DNA of 64,000 nucleotides from Octopus sinensis. Lineage: Eukaryota. The notes beneath the pieces are model-generated. The model searched no databases, was not told the DNA's origin, and saw only the letters and a program-made list of their open reading frames with translations. Every line of letters begins with the position of its first letter. The stretch's first letter is position 1. The stretch is from contig NC_042998.1 in NCBI RefSeq assembly GCF_006345805.1, positions 202,244,001 to 202,308,000 of the forward strand, in the 5' to 3' direction. Shown in pieces: positions 38,773-51,180 of the stretch. The position numbers were made by a program, and so were the translations under genes.

Positions 38773-39659
38773 AGATTCTGTTGTTGAGGGAAAATGTGAC
38801 AGGAAAATGATGTCATCCCGAATGAAACTGAGTATGTGACTACATAGTGGTTTTAGGATAATGTAAATGAGGTTGCACAGACCATAATGGGACTTAGTTT
38901 AAGGTCTTTTGGTTGTAGTAGATTTATTTATTCACTAAGTTGTTCCTTTATAGCGTTTTGTATTTCTTTTGATTTATGTATTTTAGGTAAGCCATAGAGG
39001 TTGCTGGATTTCGATTCAAAATTGGTAATATACTTCCTTTCATTAGGAGTGATGGAGTTATAATGTTTTAATATTAAATAATTGAGTGTCTTCATGATGC
39101 GGTGGGCAAAATTGGAGGGTATTTCACGGTAGAATATTATATCCTTCAAATGATCTTCAGCATATCCCGGCAATATTCCGTATCCATTGGGCAGACTTTT
39201 CTAGTTTTGAAATGTTTGGTTTGATGTTGATGTTCTGCCTCAATGGAATTCTGGAGAGGATATCAATGAACTAATCTTGATGTGTATTTCGTCCTTTTGG
39301 AGGGTTAAATTTTGATTTATTCTTCGCCAAGGATTTGTCATTCTCATTACTTTTGTCAGTAAAAAAATTCCTTCAATTCCTGATGATTGAATGTGTCGGT
39401 GTCAATTTTAGTCCTATCATCAATAATCAATGTTCGTCACAGCGTATGATTCTTTTTGTCTATATTTCTTCTGAAATCTGATTATTACTACGAAGGTATG
39501 AAAGCGCTAATTGAACTTTATGAACAGTACAAAATATGTTGTAATGTTTAACACACTTCAACATTGTAAAAAAAGGTTTTTAAAATACAATAATAAAATC
39601 GTGAAAACAAGACCATGTTTTAACTTCATTCAACTGATATATATATATATATCAGGATT

Positions 39660-39823
39660 GGCGCAAGATTGGCTGTGTGGTAAGTAGCTTGCTAACCAAC
39701 CACATGGTTCCGGGTTCAGTCCCACTGCGTGGCATCTTGGGCAAGTGTCTTCTGCTATAGCCCCGGCCGACCAATGCCTTGTGAGTGGATTTGGTAGACG
39801 GAAACTGAAAGAAGTCTGTCGTA

Positions 39824-39830
<7 letters not shown>
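39660..39830 (+). mobile_element. SINE family A, 5' half
   Basis: Head through GAAACTGAAAGAAG, ending in (TA)n. Confidence 0.9.
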
Positions 39831-39869
<39 letters not shown>

Positions 39870-40727
39870 ATATACTTAGATGTAATTAATTCCCTTCCTC
39901 CTTCCTTATAATGTATGATCTTAATACTGTGGTAAAGTTAACCTGTAATTAAATACATCCATCTAAATAAATTTAGTGTTACTTTCTTGTAATTTTACTC
40001 GGGAACACACGGTTGTGAGGTGAATTTGTTATGTACAGACCTGTCACTACCCATGTATGATGAATTCCATATCGCTTGACAATGTTTCCATTCGGGAAAT
40101 GTTTCATAAAATTCATAAATATTTTAAAACTTATTCATCGGTAGGAATTTGATTAGTAGTGAATGCAACAAGATCCATTCTTCAAATTAGAGATACAATC
40201 CATTAAACAGGATGCCACACACCTTTCATCTATATTATCTTATTTGCTATAACTGAGTGGAAGCGAAGCTATGGTAAGTAATACGATCCATTTATATGTC
40301 CCTGTGTTGTGGAAACGAAACCAAGTAATATTCAAAGCACATCAAACATAACGCATCGGTTTGGTTAACACTTTCCAGATTACATATGAAATGGATTGAA
40401 TGGTATTATACTTGGTGTACTCATCCCAAACTGTAATAAATTAAAATTATCACTTTAATGGCGAAAACAATCATTATTTACGAAATATTTCCTGGAAACA
40501 TGGTCGATGAAATAATTTGACATTAAACTTTACTGAATTTATGTAACAATACAATATAATGGTAGACGCATCCGATCTTTAGCCATGCGTTGCTGACTAG
40601 AGACTTGTTTCAGAATTACTTGGGCGTCATCAGATGGAAGCGATCTAACCATTCCTATAAGACTTAGACTAGCAAAATTGCTATATATATAATGAAAGTT
40701 TCATTAATTAAAATAATCCATAATGAT

Positions 40728-40995
40728 AGGCGCAGCCGTGGCTGTGTGATAAGAGGCTTGCTTCCCAACCACATTGTTTTGGTTTCATTCCCACTGCGTG
40801 GCACCTTAGGCAAGTGTCGTTTACTATAGTCGCAGGCCGACCAAAGTCTGTGAGTGGATTTGCTAGACGGAAACTGAAAGAAGCTCGTCGTATATATAAG
40901 CTTACAAGGGATAATTCATGTGATCGGTTTCTTCGACTATAACACTTTAAGGCATTACTCCAGCATGGCAGCAGTCAAATCACTGAAACAAGAGA
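40728..40995 (+). mobile_element. SINE family A, diverged
   Basis: AGGCGCAGCCGTGGCTGTGTG...CCCACTGCGTGGCACCTTAGGCAAGTGTC...CAGTCAAATCACTGAAAC. Confidence 0.85.
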
Positions 40996-41759
40996 ATAAA
41001 AAAATAATTAGGAAAATATATATTTAGGCTGTTCGCTTTCAATTTTCGTAATTTCTCCCTGATCATTCTAAAATCTGGCAATATCAGTTAAATTCTTTGC
41101 TAAAAACCTAATTTAACCGCAGCATGTTAGTGTTTATCTGTACTGCGCAAGGGAAATACACAAATACACTTTATCTGAAATGTGTTTTATTGAATTAAAT
41201 TTTGTTTCCCCTTGGCTTATGACACAAATACTCATCTTAACCTAATGTTTCTTTTATATTAAGTTTTGTACCGAAGACGTCTATGGTTATTTTTCTAAAT
41301 CCTTCTCATAATTTCTGCATCAAAGATCGTAAAGTAAAAGAAGAAAAAATGTAGAGACAAAGACGAGTGTGTGGGAAAGAAAGAGAGATGGGGATGGATA
41401 GTGTGAATATACCGAGTGAGATTTAAAATGGGTGTAGATACCACGTCTGTTTAAGAAGAGAAAGGTCATACATTTGGTCATTTTGTGAAATAAAGACGTT
41501 GGATTCCATCCTGCCGACACTGAAAACATTAAAGCTATCAGGAGGCGGGGGGAACAATTCCTACCACGAATATTATCACTGACCGTTTCATGTCAGTATT
41601 CATTGTTTATAAAATAATAATTATATGGCGGCAGAATATCTGTATACTTCAATGTATAAGTATTTGTGTGTGCACAACAGTTATATGTGTTCACGTTTAT
41701 ATGCGTGTGTTTCGTTACTTGTGCGTATGCGTGCCTGAGTGGGCATGTATATGGGTCTG

Positions 41760-41981
41760 TGTTTGCATGTGTGTGTGTGTGTGTGTGTGTGTGGTCCACG
41801 CAAAATTCTATGTGTATATCTGTGAGAGAGAGAGCAAGAGATATGTGTGTACGTGGTTGTTTATAAGTATATGTGTGTATGTATGCTAAGTGTATGGATG
41901 TGCGTATTAATGCAGGTGAATGTATGAGCTTTTAAGTGAATGTATATATATATGTGTGTGTGTGTGTGCATGTAAAGATAT

Positions 41982-42012
<31 letters not shown>

Positions 42013-42092
42013 TACATATATACATATATGTATATACATATATACATATATGTATATATACATATATATATACATATATATATACATATATA
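41760..42092. repeat. (TG)/(TA)/(TATACA) compound microsatellite
   Basis: Direct reading. Confidence 0.85.
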
Positions 42093-42179
42093 AAATTAAT
42101 TATGGGTAGAAATTGATATTTATCAATTAAGACCAGTGGTCTAGCATATTAAAAAAGAATCCGAAGATTAAAATATTTA

Positions 42180-42434
42180 TATATACCAATTAAGGACTGA
42201 ACACGAAAAGTGGACAGTCAACATGCTAGATATAGACGTCAAATCGCCATTCACCACAAAAGATTATGTTCTCAGATCAAACTCAACACAAAGTGTTGAG
42301 TTTGATCTGAGAACATAAACAAAGTGTTGAGTTTGATCTGAGAACATAATCTTTTGTGGTGAATGGCGATTTGGACGTCTATATCTAGCATGTTGACTGT
42401 CCACTTTTCGTGTTCAGTCCTTAATTGGTATATA
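42180..42434. repeat. Fold-back palindrome with 110-bp arms and a duplicated tip
   Basis: 42180-42289 is the reverse complement of 42324-42434 (one indel); hairpin tip CAACAC-AAA-GTGTTG; 31-bp tandem duplication of the tip (42293 and 42324). Confidence 0.97.
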
Positions 42435-42488
42435 CATATATATATGAAAGAAGCTCACCGTATATATATATATATATGTGTGTGTGTT

Positions 42489-42545
<57 letters not shown>

Positions 42546-42925
42546 TGTTGTGTGTGGTGTGTGTGTGTGTGTGTGTGCTTATGGATGTAGGACTTTGTGT
42601 ATCCGCCTTGATTTAAGTGCAGTTAGAAGAATTTCAGGCTGCATGTGCGTTGTTAATGTGTGAGCGAGTCTTAATGAAAAAACATATATCACTATTCATG
42701 TGTGTATGTAGGCGTGAAGCAGCTCTGCAGTGCATATGCGCTTGTCAGCGTGGTTATCTGTTTTTTTTTTGTGTGCACATATTCGAATTTGGGTTCATAA
42801 ATATATACTGATATATAATGTATTTTTCTCTCTCTCACACTTTCTTTCTCTCTCTCTCTCCCTTTCTTCCTCTCTCTCCCTTTCTCTCTCTCCCTTTCTT
42901 CCTCTCTCTCTCTCTTTCTTTCTTG
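42435..42925. repeat. (TA), (TG) and (TC) microsatellites
   Basis: Direct reading. Confidence 0.85.
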
Positions 42926-43316
42926 ATCTTTCACCTCATACACATATATTTGTATCACATGTTTATGTAAGTATGCATGAATGTATGTATGAATGTTATT
43001 GCATATTATATGCTGACGTGTCTGTCTCATTGTGCGTGTATATATTGTTTATTCGTGCACAAATATTTTTGTGCTTATATGTGTGTGCATATATATAACC
43101 CTTAACGTGTATGCATTCGTATGATTTTGCACATCAGAAAGCACGTTTCACACATGAAATATTTTTCATGAAATTAGACTAATGAAACAACGGAACTCCG
43201 AAATCTTATATTAATTAATTAATTAATTAATTATGATATATATACAGCATATACACTTATTAAAAGGTAAAATGTACTTCTAGTTCGTCCAACATGTGAC
43301 GGCAACGTATTCAATT

Positions 43317-43348
<32 letters not shown>

Positions 43349-43859
43349 ACACACACACAAATGTACACAATATATATATATATATATATATACATACTTA
43401 TGGACATGTGGAAAGGAAATTTTCTCTATATATGTATGGAGATGCACACATCCTCTGACACACGAAGGAAAGTATACATACACATACATGCACACACGCT
43501 TATATACATAAATGCACACATATGTGTATGTGCGTGTGTGATCACATCCTATTCAATTTTTGTTTATCTTCCATAAAGAATTTAATAACAACATGGGTCT
43601 ATGGTATATAATGCTTGCTCAATATCACATGTTATTGATAGCGTAGCTTAAGTTATTATGCCGTGATGTATTTTTGATATTATTGCGAAACTGGAGAGGG
43701 ATTTGAAAAGCATTAATTATTGCTGTAGCAGCATAACTAGCGTATTTTAAGCACACACACTTACAGGGGTGATAATGTTTCGATAATGATTTTTATCAGA
43801 TCATTAGTATTGATTTCCTATAAACATGATACCAAAAACGAAGGGGGAATTGTAGGATG

Positions 43860-43995
43860 TGAGGACAAAGAAGAGAAAGAGGACAAAGAAAGAAGATGAA
43901 GAAAAGAAAAAGAAGATGAAGAAAAGAAAAAGAAGAAGAAAAGGAAAGAAGATGAAAGAAGAAGAACAAGAAGAAGAACAAGAAGAAGAAGAACC
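43860..43995 (+). repeat. Degenerate (GAA)-rich purine tract
   Basis: Direct reading. Confidence 0.9.
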
Positions 43996-44048
43996 GCTGT
44001 GAATAGCGTATTTAATAACGAAGAATTTCGTACATACATATTCTTATA

Positions 44049-44666
44049 CAGGGTTCAAAACAGTCTCTCTGCAGTGAATGTTTTTCATCCTACGCATGCG
44101 CAACTTGGTTGTCACTGCGTGGGCGGTTGGGTGTCAGCCATTGTCTCTCAGTTATTGTATACCCTTCAGCGTGTTGACATGCTACCCGTTGACGAACTTA
44201 CGTTTTTAGTTGAATGGGTTTTTTCGAGCCAGAAACAAGTACACAGATACTGTGAAACTGAAGTTCGGTGGAACTTTTCCAAATACTGTTCTTCCACATC
44301 GTGACAGGATTCGATAAGAAAATTTAGAAACACAGGCTCAGTGGAAGATGCAGCGAGAAGCGGTAGACCTACTGTTCTTTCAGTCGAAACACTCCAATAT
44401 TCCTAATAAATTGTTGGCAACACCGTCAAAGTTCTTACGCAAATTGTTACAAGAAACGGAAATAAGCCTGGAAAGTGCTCACATGGCAGTAAAAAAGAAA
44501 TTAAATTTCATGTATTAAAAATGAAGGACGACACTTTCAACACTTCGTATAAAGTGTTTTTAGAGTCTTGTAAAGTCTAATATATTCATTTGTAGTCTTA
44601 TACCATCATATAAATATTTATTTTGCAATAAAATACTTACTACGGAGAGACCTTTTGAACATCCTA
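44049..44666 (+). mobile_element. Internally deleted Tc1/mariner element (N-terminal HTH remnant)
   Basis: TA at 44047-44048; imperfect TIRs CAGG(AT)GTTCAAAA..GTCTCTC; remnants KFRNTGSVEDAARSGRP and C-terminal GRHFQHFV*. Confidence 0.75.
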
Positions 44667-44717
44667 AACAGTCATCAAGAACAAAAACGTCGTTTCTGCA
44701 TACGATAAATATTTAAA

Positions 44718-45135
44718 CAGTAAGTAGCTTGCTAACCAACCACATGGTTCCGGGTTCAGTCCCACTGCGTGGCATCTTGGGCAAGTGTCTTCTGCTATAG
44801 CCCCGGGCCGACCAAAGCCTTGTGAGTGGATTTGGTAGACGGAAACTGAAAGAAGCCTGTCGTATATATGTATATATATGTGTGTATGTATGTGTGTGTG
44901 TGTTTGTGTGTCTGTGTTTGTCCCCCTAGCATTGCTTGACAACCAATGCTGGTGTGTTTATGTCCCAGTCACTTAGCGGTTCGGCAAAAAGAGACCGATA
45001 GAATAAGTACTAGGCTTACAAAGAATAAGTCCCGGGGTCGATTTGCTCGACTAAAGGCGGTGCTCCAGCATGGCCGCTGTCAAATGACTGAAACAAGTAA
45101 AAAAAAGAAAAAAAAAGAGTAAAAAATAGAGAGAG
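44718..45135 (+). mobile_element. SINE family A
   Basis: Family A body and tail; extreme 5' end missing. Confidence 0.93.
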
Positions 45136-45318
45136 TTAAACTAAGAATGACGTAGAAGAAAAAGACAACCAGAGCGTTTAATTGCAGAAAAGTTGAGGAC
45201 ATCCTTATATGTTTTGAGTTCAAAACGTCTGTGAAATGCTACGAATAATAATTTCAGTAATACTGCTCCTAAACACGCATGATCTTGAGTCTATGCTATA
45301 AAATTATTGCTATTATTT

Positions 45319-45759
45319 AGTGAGAGAGCAGAGCATGTCATCAAAGTGACACTGGGTTACAATTATACGAAGCCCAATATACGCATCATGACCACTGGCT
45401 TGAAAAGGGTACACCAAGCACATGCATCACAACTACGTGAGCACGACATGGTGATTTTATATCACGATAAACAGCGCATGACGTTGCAATTGGGGCCAAG
45501 TTAGAGTTTTCTTCGGGTTGAGTAGCCCATCCCTCCCAAAAGGTCCCTGAATAAGGTTTGTTTAATGATGATAAACGAAACACCTATGTTTCCAAATGTG
45601 AATTATTCGAAACCCAAATAATTCTTCTCAACACAAGGCTATGATGCACCCCTACTACTTCTGCTCTTGATCATAGATGCACATATGGTCAGCCTCCAAG
45701 GGACATGCTCAGCTGGTTAAATTCAAACAACTGACAAGCAAATCTGTGTTATTGAGCAG
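45319..45759 (-). mobile_element. Second, truncated copy of the 29861-30417 repeat
   Basis: Collinear similarity (GAGCAGAGCATG.CATCAAAGTGACACTGGG...AAAAGGTCCCTGAATAAGG...CAACTGACAAGCAAAT). Confidence 0.85.
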
Positions 45760-45935
45760 GTCTATAAATAGATTCACCTGATGGTGGTGAGGTCAGCCAT
45801 AGAGATAAAAGAATTTTTGCACCCTTTAGGACATCAGAGGTCACATGTGTTTACTAGTACCAGTGGCCACTGATAGCGTCGCTTTGAGAAGAAGCAATTC
45901 AAACTGTTCTATTTGTAATTACTGGCAGAAAAAAC

Positions 45936-46000
<65 letters not shown>

Positions 46001-46008
<8 letters not shown>

Positions 46009-46367
46009 AGAGAATGGAAGAAATGGAGTTGAACGAAGATTGTACAGAATTCCTTTTATTACATTCTACACATGTTTCAAAGGCCATAAATTTCCAAATT
46101 CTGATTAAATAAGAGTACCATATTGTGGCTTTCTCTTCAGGAAAAAACAGGAATTCCGTTGACAGAACAAAACTAAACAGAGGCGCAGCAACGCAATACG
46201 AACGAGGACGCTCCTTAAGAGCCCATGGCTGAACTGTTTTCACAATATGGTACCCTTATTTAATCAGAATTTGGAAATTTGTGGCCTTTGAAACATGTGT
46301 AGAATGTAATAAAAGGAATTCTGTACAATCTTCGTTCAACTCCATTTCTTCCATTCACTAATAATAT
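46001..46367. repeat. Fold-back element: 127-bp inverted arms around a 113-bp spacer, containing a decayed hammerhead motif
   Basis: 46001-46127 versus 46241-46367, three mismatches; minus strand CTGAAGA-GAAAGCCAC...ATGGCCTTT-GAA-ACATGT at 46064-46141; abuts (TA)n. Confidence 0.95.
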
Positions 46368-46544
46368 TAAACTTCAATTATCCGCACCAACGCACGGTTG
46401 CAACACCAAATGGTCTTATCTCCAACCGTGCTTTTTTCTGCTGTGATTTTTGCTACCCAGGTATCGGTTAAACTTTTGAATAATCTGTAACAAGAAAATT
46501 CATCTTTCTATTTCAACAAATATATATATATATATATATACACA

Positions 46545-46955
46545 TAGGAGTGGATGTGTGGTAAGTAGCTTGCTAACCAACCACATGGTTCCGAGTTCAG
46601 TCCCACTGCGTGGCATCTTGGGCAAGTGTCTTCTGCTATAGCCCCGGGCCGACCAATGCCTTGTGGGTGGATTTAGTAGACGGAAACTGAAAGAAGCCTG
46701 TCGTATATATATGTGTATATAAGTGTGAGTGTATATGTTTGTGTGTCTGTGTTTGTCCCCCGAGCATTGCTTGACAACCGATGGTGGTGTGTTTACGTCC
46801 CCGTCACTTAGCGATTCGGCAAAACAGACCGATAAAATAAGTACTGGGCTTACAAAGAATAAGTCCCGGGGTCGATTTGCTCGACTAAAGGCGGTGCTCC
46901 AGCATGGCCGCAGTCAAATGACTGAAACAACCAAAAGAGTAAATGAGAGTAAAGA
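46545..46955 (+). mobile_element. SINE family A, full length
   Basis: Family A head, body and tail. Confidence 0.93.
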
Positions 46956-47074
46956 GTATACGCACACACACACACATACACACACACACACAAACATATA
47001 TATATATATACTTGTATTCACCTCGTTGAATTTTTGAATTTCTGAATTCAATTGTGTTGTTGCAATAAAAGGGT

Positions 47075-47905
47075 ACGTTTACGTATTTGGGTAATATATT
47101 AAAGTTTTTTTTCTTTGCTTTTAAAGCTGATCGTTTGTGTGACCGAAAGCTGTAGGTATGTAAGTTTCCTAACTTATTATATTTTGAGGGAGATTTAAAA
47201 TATTCGCAGGAAATTGTAAACATTCCAGTCTTTGGGAATAGTAGGGGGAACAGGTGTTCACCTTATTTTTGAACTTCTGATTCTTTTTCCTTTTTCTTTT
47301 GGAATTTTTATCTTCTTTTTAAAAGGTTCGCTGTGGTTTACAGTTTTTGTAGTTGTGCAGTATGTATATATTGGTAGGTGCTTACTTCTTTAATTTTTTA
47401 TCGTGCATTTAAGTGTGTTTTTACAATAAAATGCATGTTTACATATTCTGTTAGTAGTGAAGAAGGAAGAACAAAATGCTCACACAAATTTCTTAAGTTT
47501 TTGAGATGTTCGTTTGTATGGCCGTTTAGAGAAATCTGTGGCATTTTTTACAATAAAAAGGATGTTTACATTTTCGAATATTCAGGGGAAAAGGAACCGA
47601 AAGAAAAGGAAGGTATAATTTTTTAACACAGAAAATTGTTGATATGAAGTTTTTAAACTTTACTGGAGATGATCTTTCGCCTGTGCGAACAGAGAAATCG
47701 GTAGTGTTCTTGGAATAAAGAGGATGTTTATATTTTCCAAAACTCAGGTTGGGGAGAGGAAATGATAGGTATTCACAGGTGTACATATTAAAGGTTTTAA
47801 AGCTGATTGTTTATGTGTTCGAAAGCAGTAGATATGTAAGTTCCTTAACTTATTTTGAGGGAAATTCAAAATGCTCACAGGAAACTGTAGATATTCCAGG
47901 CTTTT
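47075..47905. repeat. Degenerate local direct repeats
   Basis: 47075-47232 resembles 47780-47903; about 47530-47595 resembles about 47692-47760. Confidence 0.7.
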
Positions 47906-48356
47906 AGAGTTATTTTTCAGTTGTCCTGCTTGGTTGTATTAGTGTTCCTGTGTTTTCACCTGCTGACAGGTTAGAGCAGCCAAGAACTAATCCAGCCGCT
48001 GTCAAGTCCAGCCTTATTATTATTATTAATTATTATTAGTATTAGTATTATTATTATTACATACATATATATACACATACATACATATATACATGCACTA
48101 CATACATACATACACACATATAGGCTTCTCAAAACCAGAAAGGAGAAAGTTAATTTGAAGGCTACAGATCCAATCCATCACTGGAACTGTAAAACCTTTC
48201 AGTAGTTTATCATTTAAATATTTATGAGCATGTCTAGATATGTAAGTCTGTGAATGAGAATACATACATAAAACATGCAAATCTTCACATACATACATAC
48301 GTACATACATACATACATACAATGCTTACATGCATATACGTATCGCGCAAAGATAT

Positions 48357-48650
48357 GTACCGTCAGAGACGTCAGCGGCCCTGCAGATATAAATATCCCA
48401 TTGAAAATAAAAGAAAAAGAAGATATGTACAGACATCTGCTTTGAAACCCCTGCTGCTGCTCCTATATTCAAACTATGAATTCATATTCATATCAATAAT
48501 AATTGGATCACTAAATTTTGTTAGTAAATGCTTAAAACCTAATCTGGATAAACTGGGATTTTCAGAAAGAAAAACTGAACGGCTGATTCGTACATTACAA
48601 GTCCAATCCGTGAGTGGAACAGAAAAACTATTCTCTGTGTTAACTACACC
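48357..48650 (+). pseudogene. C-terminal RLE-domain remnant of a non-LTR retrotransposon
   Basis: CTVRDVSGPADINIPLKIKEKEDMY...FIFISIIIGSL...KLGF...LIRTLQVQSVSGT; same layout as R4-type C-termini (E.S.P, K..KY, P..IG.LG). Confidence 0.7.
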
Positions 48651-49232
48651 CCAAAGATGGAGCCTTGTATGTTTGTTGGAAACCGATTCCTTCCTCGGAG
48701 GAAGATTTATAATAATTAAAAAATAGAAGACACACACACACGATACTGAAAAAGATAATAAACATTACAAAAATAATTATCCTCTTAATGTATAAATCGC
48801 TTAGAACGGAAATGGCCGCTCCTACTCTTTCGTAAATTGGAAATTGGATGGGGCGCAATAATTTAAGGTAGAAAGCGTATAAGATGGTAACAGCTACCCG
48901 TTACACCGAGCAAGATGCTTGAAAAATTACCAAAATTACATGCGCGAGCGGATTTTCATTATGGTCAAAATGAGATTTTTGGTGACAAAAGTGTGAATTG
49001 TCATGCATGTCCGCAGAAGCAGGAGGTAAAGGTAATAGAGTAATCGTAGTTTGGTTTCATTTTTCTTTTTTTTTTTTGTCAATTTGGATAAACGTTCACC
49101 AGATAGTTAAGACCAGATTGTTACCATATGTCGCCTTTGATAATTTCCACATTTTGTTTGATATAACAACGAAATATTGGTTTATTGCCCAGTGATCATA
49201 GCTGCCAATTCGATCACGTCTACATATAATTT

Positions 49233-50556
49233 CAAATTTTGCAATGACGGAGCTGCCAGCAATTGTATTTTTCAGGTTTTCACTGTCGCACATTCGGTAT
49301 TTGGTGTTAGGTTCTGCCTCCGTTGTCTTGTTAATCTTTGTGCCCAGGCACTGGACTTGTGCAGCGACAATCAGTACTTTCCATACTCCTTTTAGGCTAG
49401 AGCAACTAAATCGTTGTTAGCTCTTACTTCTCTATCGAAAAATTACAGAGTATTGGCTGTGGAGTGGTTTTTCTCTTTTTTCTTCTCTAGCATATTTTGC
49501 AATTCTGTTTTTATTTCAACTTTTGTCTCTTTAAAGATTCTGTTGTGTCGTTATCTAAATTTTTTGTTCAGCGTAGTTTGTTTCTGTGCGTATTTTATCA
49601 CTTATGTACAGAGAAAAGTTCTTCTTCTTGTTTCGTAATAACATTTATCAGTCGTCCTCTCTTAATTCCTAAGTATTTCTCCTGTACAACAGTATTTCTT
49701 TAAGATAAGTTTCCTATTAGTATCAGGCAAAGTACTCCTTGCACATGGCGTGCGTATATTTTCTCCATATCTGTTTCGTGGTAATAGCTTCAGTACGCTG
49801 TCAGTAGTTCCCTGGTTTTCCTACTCAAAGTTTCAACTCATCTAACCTTCAGTTTATTGTATAAAATCTGTAATTTATAACTAGTATGCAAGCGTATTTG
49901 TATCTATTATGTTATTTCTAGCATGGAGTTCGTTATTCCATATTATTCTATCTTTTCTGATATATGCTTTCTTATTTTCCATTTCATTCCCATGTATTCT
50001 GCTTTAGCTCTTTATTCCTAGATACTTCTACAGTTGATTCTGATCTAATTCTCTGATTTCAGCGCCTAGTTTTTCCTTTATATTCTGGTTTTGGTTAATT
50101 TTCCTATCACTGGATTTGTTTTGACGCACTTGTCTAGTCTTAAGCTTCTCTGTATACCTTTGGAGGAAGTATAGACAGATTTAATATTTACTAGTTCGGT
50201 TTGACTTCAAAAGCAGTTTTAAATCATTGATACAGGCGATTATTGTGCTCATGGCACTTGTATCCCATGCTGATATTCTGCGATGTTGCTTCTGGGGTTA
50301 ATGCCAGACAAAGAGATGGGAGCAAAGAATCTTTTTGAAAACAATAGATTGATTCCACGCTCTTCCCTTATATTTTGATATAATGATAGTTTTTCAATTT
50401 TCTCATCTCCTCAGTAAAGTTTACACCTCAGTAAAGTTGGGGCCACTTTGTTTATATGGGGCAAATCCATTATCCATTAATTTTATGAAAGATAAAGGAG
50501 ACATTATTATTGTTGTTGTTCTTGTTGTTGTACTTGTTATCGTTAATTTAATATTA
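49233..50556 (-). repeat. Left arm of inverted duplication (decayed Dong fragment plus flanks)
   Basis: Reverse complement of 53225-54361; carries an extra approximately 175-bp insert at about 50322-50497. Confidence 0.93.
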
Positions 50557-50564
50557 TATGTGTG

Positions 50565-51180
50565 GCGTTTGCTTTGTATTTATACAAGTTGTCTCCAAGT
50601 CGTCACACCTAGAGACCTCAAGAGACAGCAAGTTAGAAGTTCAAGTTGGTAATATAACCTAGGGTGATTTTGCACGGAGAATTGTTCAAGATAATGACTA
50701 TCACAACGTGAGTAAATTAGAGTTTTGTTTTAAAATTAATTTGATTATATGATGATAGTCTGATGTCACGATGACTGTAAAAAATATTTGGACTTAGATA
50801 TATTTGAAAGTATTTTGACACTGTTTACGGATTAAATATTTTGGGGATTACATAGATAATATTTCACGTAGGATATGGGCAGTTCCCATGAGCACTATCT
50901 TTTGAATTTCTTCCATGTTTGAATTTCCTGGTATCTGAGCTACATTATAATCAGCTCCTTTTGCTATTATTCCTAGATTCCTACGGCAAGTGTAACAACA
51001 AGTATTGTTTTAGTCATATACTTTCCGGATTATTATTTATAATCACAGATCACTCCTCAGATAGCAGATTAAGAATCCAAGGCGACCCTTCTTGTTTCAA
51101 AATATATTATCGAGTATTTTCCAGTGTAGTCTTTTGTATCTGAGAAGCTAAGGAGGTATTTGAGAAGGCGTCGTGTTTCT
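50565..51180 (-). mobile_element. Decayed Dong 3'-end remnants
   Basis: 50570-50660 resembles the 3' UTR at 27755-27860; 50860-50940 resembles 27984-28060. Confidence 0.75.

Larger units (their letters stand above)
36168..39650 (-). mobile_element. Decayed Penelope-like retroelement (RT plus C-terminal GIY-YIG), interrupted by two SINEs
   Basis: Minus-strand NLYGLPKIHK (ORF 38928-39173), LYTNI, RY(L)DDCFLIW...ILNNLHPSFKFT...LPFLD (about 38120-38270), KRQPHKLKKLLTKAKF (about 37160-37215), NLTYCIKYPNCEELYMGET (about 36950-37010). Boundaries approximate. Confidence 0.88.

Noticed and set aside
40191-40279. Exon ending at the donor G|GTAAGT (40273/40274)
   Set aside because: All three frames from the nearest plausible acceptor contain stops.
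47960-48015. HDV-like ribozyme at AAT-adjacent 5' ends (also about 30360-30417)
   Set aside because: A single stem (TGACAG/CTGTCA) is present, but P1/P3 pairing of the nested double pseudoknot cannot be built.
48250-48726. 158-aa + strand ORF as a host gene
   Set aside because: The N-terminus is microsatellite and the rest is an RLE C-terminal remnant joined across a frameshift.
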